From Octopus vulgaris (lineage: Eukaryota): 64,000 bases of DNA. Shown here one piece after another: positions 52,911 through 64,000 of the stretch. Positions within the stretch are counted from its first letter, which is position 1; each line of letters begins with the position of its first letter. The stretch lies in NCBI GenBank assembly GCA_951406725.2, contig OX597815.1, forward strand, positions 127,100,001 to 127,164,000, written 5' to 3'. Made by a program: the position numbers and the translations under genes. The notes beneath the pieces were generated by a model. That model made no database searches. It worked only from the letters and a program-made list of their open reading frames with translations, and was not told where the DNA came from.

Positions 52911-53148
52911 TTGAACAGTGATTTCATACTCAAAACTGGTTTTGCCCTCTTTCAGAAGTCCAGTATAGAATTTTGGTCTTAATATAGGGGCATTATCATT
53001 AATGCCCTTCACAAAAACATCTAAATCAACAGTCGCTTTTCGATTACCTCCATCAGTGGCTTCAACAAGTAAACTATAAAAAGTTACTTTTTCATAATCC
53101 AGCTTCTTTGAGACTGATATAGTACCGCTTTTGCTGTCTATAGTGAAA
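52911..53148 (-). CDS. Cadherin exon E (FTIDSKSG...LDYEK...ATDGG...INDNAP...ITVQ)
   Basis: Acceptor AAACAG, donor GTAAGT, 238 nt, phase 2/0. Confidence 0.9.
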
Positions 53149-53992
53149 CTGTTTCAGAAGAGAAAATGAGAAGACATAAGTATATACAAAACTAGAAAAA
53201 GCAAAAATAAGTGAAACTGAATAGCTTAATTTCTGAAAAGTAAAGTCAACTATTTCTAAGACAATATACTTCAAAACAAAGATATAATTACAAAATGAAG
53301 GTTTCATTGTTAACCATGTCACTACAATGCATTATGCATGAAGATTGCATACACATATATTTGAATTCATTTAAACATGACTACAACGTATTTTATCAAC
53401 CCCAGAGAAAGAATGGTACAATTCATTTTGGCAAGATTTGAACTTAAGACATAAAAATTAAGTAAAATATAAAAAAAAAATTATGTAATCCAATATAGGC
53501 ACAACACACAGTTGTGAGGTTTTCTTCAACTTAGTACGAGGTAAATAATTTTTGGAGAATGAAGTATTTTCTTTTTTTTTGGCGGGGGTGCCTGAAAGGG
53601 AAGGTCAGTCTATTTGATGCAATCTTTACTATATTGAGTATGTGTTTTTGACAAGGAAAACCTACCCTACCTCAGAGATAGCAAGGCCTAGTATTTGGAG
53701 CATATTTGAAAATTCTAGTTGTGTGCTATACACTTTTATCTTTATTTTTAGGTGGTGTTATGATAATATTTCATTGCTATGTAATAATTATGTTTTTGTT
53801 TGAAAGAAAGATTGATTTTTCATGCATCTATAAGTATATGTCTAGCATTTTACTTTATAATGTAATCAACAAATTAAAATTTATGATATAAAGCAATGCT
53901 AAATGTAAGATACAAAGAAAGGAACCAGCAATTAGATACAATTTCAACTTTCATATACAAATAAAATCACAATCTGAATATTTTTTACTCAC

Positions 53993-54054
53993 CTATTGTC
54001 TCCAAATATTGCATATGTCACTTCTCCATCTTTGCCTGAATCATCATCAGTAGC
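53993..54054 (-). CDS. Cadherin exon D (ATDDDSGKDGEVTYAIFGDN)
   Basis: Acceptor TTTTAG, donor GTGAGT, 62 nt, phase 0/2, ATDxD motif. Confidence 0.88.
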
Positions 54055-55811
54055 CTAAAATATAAATAAATATTTCCATAACTGAAAAAATTAGCTAAGA
54101 TATTATACTACAAATTAATTAATGATGAATTTTAGGACTTAAAACTAGAAGGAGCAGCCTGAATTCCTTTGGTACCAGGACACTTTGCAAGAATATGGGT
54201 CCACTGGTTGAATTTTATATCCAACCAAGGACTATACACAGAAACTGTGATGCAATCTATTACTTATATGATTCAGGAATGTCAGCTCAGACTGTTTGGT
54301 CATGTTGACATACACGTATACATATCTATGGATGTGGGTATGTAATATTATTGTTGATAAATAAATTGCAAATTCTTAGAAGGAAAGGAAAAAATTAGAA
54401 TGCTCTTACCTCAAAAGAAAATCAGAAAAGTGTATCAAGTTTCACTTCACAAGGATCAGTGGAATTCATTGGCCATACCTACATGTGTACACTACCCCAA
54501 CTCCTGGCCAGAAACTACTCTCCCTCTGAGATCCCTTCCACATGTCTGTCCCCATCAACATCTTGATGAAGAAAGTAGCTTTTCAAATGTCTCACTTTTG
54601 ACATGATGCCATTTCCTCTCACTTCCAGTCCTGACATCACTCTTTTTCCCTTGCTTCCGATTCTGATGTCTCCCTTCACTCCTCCACAGAATTAAAGAAA
54701 GGGGGGAGGGAAGGAGGAAGGAAGTAAGGGAGTGAGCAAGGGAAAGAACAAGTATGTGAAAGAATCTATAAATATTTTTGGAATATAGAATTTGCATCTT
54801 GACCCTGGATAAAGCATAAAAAAAGACACTTTTCAACATTAAGAACATTTTTTTTCTGCCTCATCTTATAGCCAAATCAACAAGACACAGCAAAAGTTCT
54901 CTGGATTTTGTGTTAAACAACCATGCTAGTACTACTGCAATTGAAAAGCATTTCTTTCCAAGACCATCTCATGGTACTGTGTAACTTCATTTATCAGCAT
55001 CCAAAAATTAAACCTAAGCAACCCCAGCACACTCATTTGACCCTACAGATCTTCAAAATGCAAAGTAAGGTCCAATTATACATGATCTACAATTTGTTGA
55101 TCGATCTCAAGTGATGGAACCGCTCACCAAGGGGACAATAAAGAACTAAAACAAGAGGGAAATTTTGTACTGTGGAAAACACTTCTAACTCATACAAATA
55201 TGGATAAACCAGCACAAAATGGTTGTGATAGTTATCTCAGAAACTAACTCTGTAACTACTGTTGGTTAGATAGAACTTTAGAAATGACTACAATTATAAA
55301 TTCAAATCCCACCATGGGAAAAATCTAAAGACAACTTTTTTATACAACAGAAAATGCATCTCTGATCACATTAATACAAAAGAGCCTGAATTGGCCTCAT
55401 GAATAATTGTGATTGAAAATAAAGTGAATTTAATAAGATTATACATTTTCTTATTTAGATGTATATTTTTATATGTACACAATGTTCTGATTAGACTGCT
55501 TTCTGCTCATAATCATTTATCATACCACTTGATATATGCATGATACCATGCTAGATTTGATTCAAAACCATTTTTCCTAAGCTCAGGATAGTAAAGTCCT
55601 TATCCATAGGCTATTGCTGCATGTACAGTGGTCAGTATGTACATATCCGAGAAAATGTACCTGAGATGATCAGTGATCAAACAATTAAAAACATGGTAGA
55701 GATATAAAGACTGTATATATGCATTTTAAAGATGATGTTAATTGTCTATAAAATTATTGAATTATTAACAATTTGTCTTAAATATTTAAAGGGAAATTAT
55801 TTCATACTTAC

Positions 55812-55967
55812 AGTTATGGTGATCAGATTACCAACAGTTTTTTCTTCAGAGACATTTACTTGATATCTTTGCTGAGAAAATTGGGGAAGAAATTCATCCA
55901 CAGGCAATATTTCTAGAGTAACATTAGCTTCACTGGTTTTAGATGAAGCTTTATCTTCAGCAACAAT
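55812..55967 (-). CDS. Cadherin exon C (IVAEDK...LPVDEFLPQF...LITIT)
   Basis: Acceptor TTTTCCAG, donor GTAAGT, 156 nt, phase 0/0; not in the ORF track. Confidence 0.88.
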
Positions 55968-57888
55968 CTGGAAAATTCATAAATAAAAAAGGGGCACCAC
56001 CTTCAAGGGTCTGATAAAAAAAATTGACTCTATTACTTATTTTTTCAAGTCTGGTATTTATTCTATCGTTTTTTCCCAAAAAAAAACTGGTAAGTTAGAC
56101 ATAAACAAATCAATACCAGTTGTCAAGCAGTGAGGGGACAACAAACACGCATGCACACACACGATGGGCTTCCACACAGTTTCCACTGACGGAATTTCAC
56201 AAGGCATTGGTTAACCTGATGCTATAGTAGAAGACATTTGCTCAAGATGCCATGCAGTGGGACTGAACCTGAGACCAACCACAACAATATCAAAGTATGT
56301 AATTCATTTTCGAAAAAATTTTAATCTCTTATCATTGTTGTCATCATCATTGTTGCTATCAACATCTTCATTATTGTCATTGTTGCTAAGTTCAGCTTTG
56401 ACTTCAAAGACTTCCTCTCCTCTCCCTTCATTATCATTATAATATTGAGAAATGTAAAGCCTGAAGTAAAATCCTATTAGTTGACTTCATCATAACTCAA
56501 GAGGTTCAAAATAATAGGCCACTGAACTAGGACATCACAAAGTATTCCATGTGCCCTTTTTATCTCTATATTTTGATAATAATTAAATTTTAATTGCTTT
56601 AAATACTGGCTGGATAGATAAAACAATTCCTCTGAGCTCATAGCAAAACTTAGTGAAAATGCACACAAGAAAATTTGTAAGTATATTTTAACAAAATGAC
56701 ACTCTTCAAAAAGATATGTTAGAAGTTTAAGAAGAAACACAACATTACAGAAATCCTGTAACCAGCCCTGAATACTCATGACTTTCACTTATATACATAT
56801 GTGCCATGTGGTATTTTACAATTATTAGATTTCAAATCTAATATGCTTCAATCCTGTACCATACATATAAAGATATGATCTGTTGAATTGAACATTTGTT
56901 TCTTCATTTCTTCATTTTATGTTTGCTTTTCCAGTCTCACATGGATTCAATATTTATTGAGGAACTATTTTTACAGTCAGATGCTCTTCCTGTTGTTAAA
57001 CCTTACTTATTTTTCAAGTAAAGATATTTTAGCCCAGTTGTCTTTGAAAGTGCAGAGATATGGGACAATTTATTAGCATCAACAAATAATCACTGCCATT
57101 TTCCTTCTTTTATTTATTCCCTCAATGTTTTTCAAAGAGAGCTTCTCAACATGGACAAATGACAAGAGAAGAAAAGTACCTAACTGACAGAGAGATGAAT
57201 TGGGATGAAATATCAAAACGGAGTACATCACAACTAAGTTTTACGAATCATGCATCCTGTGATGTCTTCAACAAACTTGGCGAGATAAAGTGTATCAAAG
57301 AGTGATAAATGCAGATGCGGGAAAGTGATAACACCGAAACACAACTGTAATAAGTTATGTTATGGTTAAATTGTTCAAACTCTGTGTAATAACAAGTGTA
57401 ATAATTAAACATGGGAAAGAAAAATATTGTTTACAGCTTTTATTCACATGCAGGGTCAGTGGACAAGGTTATAGTAGTAGTCAGCAGTTTAGTGGTAGAA
57501 GCAGAATGACAAAAATGAAGCTTGTGTGACCTTAGGAGAGTGTTAGGAAAAGTTGCTTGCTAGAAAGACACACAGTGTGTGGAAGCAAAAGAAAACTGAC
57601 CACTAATGTAATTTGTGGGTTCCTATACCTATGGGTAAAGTTGAGATACCACTTAAGACTGTGTGATAACAAAGTGAACTCCGTTATCTCACTGCACTGC
57701 ACTCTATATGTTAAAATTGGAAAACTTGTTTACCATATTTTTAAATGAGAGTAAGCTATGTTAAAGGATAATGTATAAAATATGAAGGGGATAGCAACAG
57801 ATTTGAAGTTTATTTGTACAATACTAAATTTCATCCCATGCTTATATCAAGTTACATTCATTCAAATTAAACTCAAGAACATACCTAC

Positions 57889-58053
57889 CTTAAATGTCAT
57901 TTGCTTTTCCTTTTCATAATCAAGTTCATCAGGATTATTAACACTCAGAGCTATAGTTGTTTCTGTTACTGATTCTACTGGAATAACTTTAAGAGCAGTG
58001 AATGGTTTACCATCCAAAGTTTTCAAGCTAAGACTGAATTTACTGTACTCCAC
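57889..58053 (-). CDS. Cadherin exon B (VEYSKF...ELDYEKEKQMTFK)
   Basis: Acceptor GTTTTAG, donor GTAGGT, 165 nt, phase 0/0, LDYE motif. Confidence 0.9.
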
Positions 58054-58417
58054 CTAAAACAAATGAAGTAGTACATAAAAATGTACTTCATTATGTTAGT
58101 AGAATGAGAAGAAAAAATATATATTCTTAGACAAAATTGTATATAAGGTTATAATTTTCTAGACTGTTGATCTAAACTTAATTCTTAAACAATTTAATAT
58201 AAAAGCTATCCTTTCAGGGAATTTTTGTCTTTCTTAAAATTTATAGAAAAATGTTTGGAATTGTCTTGTTTATATGAGTAATTGTCAAGAAACATTTTTT
58301 AATCTTGAAAATTACTTGATTTTAACCTTATTTTCATAATTTTTAAATCTTACTTTTTTACTTTGACACATTTTAACTTCATTTTAAGCTTATCATTATT
58401 ATTATTATTATTATTAT

Positions 58418-58460
<43 letters not shown>

Positions 58461-58534
58461 TAGTATTAATATATCCATAAACATTTAGGAGCTCTCTCTA
58501 GTTTTAATTACTTTGTGATGTATGAGTATTATTG

Positions 58535-59060
58535 TTGTGGGGATAAGAATAATAATCGTTCACCCATCCCACATGACAAATGGTATGTGGTAGTCATTAT
58601 AAATAAGAGGATGTCTGTCAGTGTTGAGAGAGAATCTGAAATATATGGTCATAGATAGTTGTAGTCTTACTTGTCTTACTAACTATGCTACTATACCTGA
58701 GTGGATATTATAACAATCCAACATTAAGGATGAAAACAGTGTCAATGAGGAATTAACAAACACACAAAAGCTTTTTTGGTGTGAATTTACGAGAAAATAA
58801 AAATTGCAAAATTTGGGAAAATTTGTTGGCTGGTTTGCTCGGGCTGCAAAAACAGCAACAACAGCAACTGAAAGAACAACAGCAGCAGCTACAACTGCCA
58901 GAACAACGGCAGAAGCAACAACAGCAGTAGCTACAACTGCCAGAACAATGGCAGAAACAACAACAACTGAATGAACAACAGCAGCAGCAGCTACAACTGC
59001 AAGAACAAAAGTAGAAGCAACAACAACAATTACTATTACAGAAACAAATGAGTTGAGAAT
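58535..59060 (+). mobile_element. Ty3/Gypsy LTR plus Q-rich gag start, same family as 570-1773
   Basis: TGTGGGGATAA..CCACATGAC LTR similarity; ENLLAGLLGLQKQQQ matches ENLLTGLLELQKQQ. Confidence 0.78.
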
Positions 59061-59814
59061 AAAAAAAAAATTGAAGGGTAGGACAAGTCATAGGGAGTGC
59101 TAAAAAGAGCTCCAAAGTGATAGCCCCAGACAACAGTTCTACTAAAAATTTGCAGAAATATATATCAAATTTAGGTTTAATCAATACATAAATATATATA
59201 TCAATAAATTTATTTATTCTTTTCAGAATCTAAAAAGAAATTACTTTTTAGAGAAATTTCATCTTTTTTAAAACCTTGTTTTAACTTTTTTTTACTTGAT
59301 TTTAACTTTATTAACTTTAAAAAATGATTCGTTACAATGATTAATCATTTAAAAAATACCTTTTATCTTTGGTTTTAACCTTGAAATGAACGTTTTTATG
59401 AGTTTTAACTTTTTGGCAAAAAACTGCCTTAGTGATAATGAAAATCATTCTTATTCTATCACAGAAAATTAAACTAGTGGTAAAAAGATTTTTTCTCCTT
59501 CTATAATTTGTTTTAATGGAATCATTAAAAAAATATGTAGGACGCAGTCACAACTTCTAATCATTGCAAGAATCATTCTTGAGAATGTAGTCTTTATGCT
59601 CAGTGTGGTACTTGACCATTTAAGAGTTAAGAGGCAAACATATAAATAACAGTAAATTTTGACTCATAATTGAAGAGACAGTAGCCCAGACTCTTTAACT
59701 AAACCTGGTCCTTATACTTCATTATAATTCATACATATTGTAGTGTTTCTCTATTTCTTACTGCTACCATTATCTCTCTTTGTCTCTGTCCCAGTCTCTC
59801 AAGAAATATTATTT

Positions 59815-60030
59815 TCAAAAACTGGCACAAAGCCAGCAATTTTGAGGGAGGGGTTAACTAAATTACATCAACTCCAGTGTTCAACTGGTACTTATTTTAT
59901 CAACTCCCAAATGGATGAAAAGCAAAGTTGACCTCAGCAGAATTTGAACTCAGTACATGAAGATGGACGAAATGCCACCAAGCATTTTGCATGGCATGCT
60001 AACGATTCTGTCAGCTTGCTGCCTTAGTCC
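59815..60030 (-). mobile_element. tRNA-derived SINE (Meta/CORE-type)
   Basis: Reverse-complement similarity to 43706-43934; further copies at ~28340-28435, 63616-63760 and 63820-63970. Confidence 0.75.
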
Positions 60031-60164
60031 CTTAACAAATATTACTTATAGTTTATAGTCCTTCTTTCTAGAGACGACCTCAGGGAGAAACTTTCTTTCT
60101 TCCATTAAATTCATGTTAAAAAGCAAATCTCAAAATAGTTCTGGATTTCTAGCAACATTTTGCA

Positions 60165-62560
60165 TGATCATCATCATGATTTAATGCTCTCCTTCCATAC
60201 TGGCATGGGTTGAACAGTTTGACAGGAGCTGGCCAAGTAGGAGTCTGTGTCATATTTCTGTGTATGTTTTGGCATGGTTTTTTATGACTGGATGCCCTTT
60301 CTAACACCAAACACTCTGCAGAGTGGGCTGAGTGCATTTTATGTGACATCAGCAGAATTGAGGTCAGTTTTGGTATGATTTTTACAGCTAGCTGCTCTTC
60401 CAGATATCAACCACTTTACAGTGTGGAGTGGGTGCTTTTTAAGTGGCACCTGTACAAGCAGGGTCACTAAGTAATTTTGAAAGACAAGGAATCTTTAAAA
60501 GTTGAGGGGGCATTGGAGGAGGTGTTCTTGTGTCAGATGATGAAAGGTTAGACTGTAACAGGGAGACAGAAATAGATGTCTTGCTGCAGAGGAGGTAAAT
60601 GGTTACCAAGCCAGAGAGAGGGAGGGAGAGAGAGAGAAAGAGAAAGAGAGGAAGAGGACAGAAAGAGAGTGAGAAATAACGAGAATGAGAGCAGAAACAG
60701 GTGTGCTGCTGAAGATGTAGGACATGGTAACCTAGTAAGAGAGGGGGAGTTAACAAGAAAGAGATGTGCTGCTGTACAGGAGAGACATGGTTACCTAAAC
60801 AGAAGGAGGGAGAGAGATTGATCAAGAATGAGGACAGAAACAAGTTTGTTGTTGTAGAGGAAATTCATGATTATTCAACAAGAAGGAAGAGTAAGGGAGA
60901 GAGAGAAAGTAGGAGACAGAAAGAACAAGAGAGGGATGGCAGTTAGTGCTAGGGTATGCTTGCAAGGAACAAAGATCAGGGCATAGATGGGATGGTAGAG
61001 GAAAGAAGAAAGAAATGAATGATGGCAGGTGCAGGTAGAGTGTTGCCAAGAAGTAGGATGTGTGAGTGGGGAATGTTGTAATGCTGTAACTGGTGAGAAT
61101 CTGGGTATAGAGGGGGAGGGGACAAGGGAGAGCAATAATAGAGTGGGCAGTGTTGAAAGGATTAGATTGGTGAGTGGGAGATAATCATAGCTATGAAGAG
61201 GAAATGTGAGGAAGAGAAGAGAAACAGTTTGGGATCAGATTCACTGGCATGGGTGATCTTCTCTACATCCTCATATCACTAGACATCTCGGACCATTGTC
61301 ATTTCCTCCATGAGCCCCAACATCCTGAGATCAGAGATCACCATTTCATCTCATGTCTTCCTGGGGTTGCCTTCTTCCATAGGTGCCATCCACATTCAGT
61401 GACTGGCTCTTCTTTATGCAACTGTCTTATATGCATCACATATCTAAACCAATGTAATCTTCTCTCATGCATGCTGCATTTGATTCCTCTTATGCCCAAC
61501 GTTTCTCTCAACACATTTGCATTTTGCTGTAACATCCAGCTGAGAATAATGTGTTCATTTCTCTCTTATCTACACGTCTTGTGCATTCAGAGCCCATGTT
61601 TCATTACAATAGAGTATAGCCATTCATACACAGGCATCATGCAATCTACCTTTCACTCTGAGAGAGTCCTTTTGTTGCCAACAGAGGTAATAGATCTCTG
61701 AAATTCCTCCATCCTATTCTTATTCTAGAAGCAATACTTTCAGAGCATCCATCACCATTGCTAATTTGGTCATCTAGGTAACAGAAGCTATCTACTACTT
61801 CGAGAGAGCATCCTGGGCATTTGAGAGTGTGTAAGTCCGGTGTGCTCTTAGTGCTTATTGCTTATGCACATCTGCCACATACAAAGATGACTTTATCTGT
61901 TAATCTACCTGTGATTCCACTGCATCTCTTATAGGTTGATAACCTACATTTCGTGCAGTGAATGAAATCACTTTCCTACAAATTGAGCAGAGCCACTTAC
62001 CTAATGGAAAGAGAGTCTTATCTGTGTTCTTGCTAGCAACACCTTTGGTCTTAACTAGGTTAACTTTAAGGCTCCTTGATTCCAGGTTTTGCTTCTATAC
62101 CAGGAATTTCTTCTCCAATTCTGCTACAGATTCTGCAATGAAGGTGAGGTCATCAGTGTACAGTAGTTCCCACAGGCATCCAGTTTTGAATTCCTCTGTT
62201 ATGGCCTGGTGCACTATGATGAATAGGAGTGAACTAAGAACTGAGCCCTGGTGAACTCCTACCTGTACGCTAAATTCATCACTGTATTTATGCCCGACTC
62301 TCACTTTACTGACAACATCTCCTTTACTCCTAACTTCCTCAGAAACCACCATTTAACAGAGCAGGGAACTCTGTTGAAAGCTTTCTCCAGGTCAGTGAAG
62401 GCTAAGTACAATGGCTTACTTTTGGCCAAGTATTTTCCTGCAGCTGTCTCACTAGGAAGATGGCATCTGTGGTACTCTTCCCAGGTACAAAACCAAACTG
62501 TGTCTCATCTAGGTTAATTCTATTCCTAATCAACTGAGCTATAATTCCCTCTGTAACTAA
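60165..62560 (-). mobile_element. Decayed RTE LINE (RT to 3' tail) with a purine-rich expanded 3' UTR
   Basis: QFGFVPG, VGVHQGSVLS, LLYTDDL, RRLHWF; GAT-type tail near 60170. Confidence 0.85.
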
Positions 62561-63042
62561 TTCAGATTGCTGTGAATAGTCCCACTATTCTTGTTTCTAC
62601 TTCAGCTGCCAATAGACCCTTCAATTTTATTGTAACTAAATTGATAACAAAATAAATACATGTCTCTTCTATTATGTTATACTCATGCAACAAACTACAA
62701 CACAGCTGTTTATTATACAATTCTAATTCAAACCTAACTATTGTATGTATCAGGAGTGTAATATTTATCAATTGCATCTAAATATTCAATGCACAATTTT
62801 TAAAAATATACCTGCTCAAGTTGTTTTCATACAAACAACCAAAAACCGAAAGCGACACTATTTTAAACTCAATATCCGCACAAAAACGAATTTTCACACT
62901 CAATTTTCTTATTTGAGAGGGCTCAGCACAATGCTATTTTTAAAAAATGGAAGATTAAAACACTAAAATATTTATAAATAATACAAAAGATATGATAGGA
63001 AGAAGAAGAATAAAATATGTGAGAAATGCAAAAATTCAGTAC

Positions 63043-63231
63043 CGTATCCTCGTCTTTTACAGTTATAATCTCATTTATTGTTACTGGATTATCCTTTGTA
63101 GTATTTTCATTGACCTTTGCAGTAAAAGATTTTTTATTGAACAAGGGATCATTGTCATTCACATCTTCTACAAATATTGTGATGTTTTTCGTGACACTAT
63201 CACCTTTTTGGTTATTTTTTATTTCATAAGC
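63043..63231 (-). CDS. Cadherin exon A (AYEIK...VEDVNDNDPLF...VKDEDT)
   Basis: Acceptor TTTTATAG, donor GTACTG, 189 nt, phase 0/0, DVNDNDP motif. Confidence 0.9.
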
Positions 63232-64000
63232 CTATAAAATACAAGAGAAAATATTGGTCAATGATTTTAAGCCTAAGTCTAAATAAAGATGAAATAACTT
63301 ATTTTTTAAATATTTTCATAATGCACTCAACAGCATTTTTTGTGAGTTTTTACTTTCGTTTTTCTTTGTTCTTTTTCTTTACAATGATATTATTGAAGAT
63401 TCCATACAATATTCCTTTGAATTTAGATATCTTTGGTCAGCTTGAGGCTCTAATAGAAGACACGTGCCCAAGGTGCCATGCAGTGGGACTGAACCCGGAG
63501 CCATGTGGTTGGTAAGCAAGCTACTTACCACACAGCCACTCCTGCACCTATCTGTTGGATTACATTGATTTCTTTTCGCATGATCGTAAGATTTTGCAGA
63601 GGATATAGATCATTAGATTGACCCCAGTACTTGACTGGTACCTATTTTTCTACTCTGAAAGAGTGAAATGCAAAGTTGTTGACTCTGGCAGAATTTGAAC
63701 TCAGAAACTGCAAAGTTGTAACCAAATAGAGCAGAGCATCTTGTCCAATGTTTGAATGATTCTCTCTATCTATTGACTATTTGTCCATTAATACTAATAT
63801 CTAGATGCTTCTGTTTTTATGTTCTGAGTTCAAATTCCACTTAAGTTGACTTTGTCTTTCATCTTTTCAGGGTCAATAAAATAAGTACCAGTTGAGTACT
63901 GGGGATGATGTAAATGCCTTAGCCCCTTTCCCTGAAATTGCTGGCTTTGTGCCAAAATTTGAAACCAATATTAATATCTAGGTAGCTAAAATCAACAAAG

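Noticed and set aside
58753-59184. Cys-rich metallothionein-like ORF
   Set aside because: Antisense reading of the Q-rich gag repeat.

Overview
AT-rich, repeat-dense eukaryotic DNA. The SINE/RTE/CR1 repeat repertoire looks like an octopod cephalopod, but that is an inference. The only host gene I can support is the 3' part of a large minus-strand non-classical cadherin of the Cad87A/CDH23 type, which enters from beyond the right edge. I reconstructed 15 GT-AG, phase-compatible, stop-free coding exons by hand (63231 to 5033, about 1000 aa). They encode 8 complete cadherin repeats, a TM exon, a juxtamembrane exon and a terminal exon. The gene has two oddities. (i) The ectodomain stops about 11 residues into a new repeat and splices in frame straight to the TM exon, across an intron filled with head-to-tail Dong/R4-type LINEs. 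(ii) The terminal exon seems to have abandoned an older C-terminus (...LDVEATEV*, class I PDZ ligand), now out of frame and interrupted by a SINE. The rest is mostly decayed transposons: Ty3/Gypsy (K02A2.6-like), mariner, DD37D Tc1/mariner, RTE, CR1, RLE-LINEs, Penelope-like elements, tRNA-SINEs, MITE/foldback hairpins and microsatellites. I found no rRNA, genuine tRNA or CRISPR features. All calls are manual; no database search was run.
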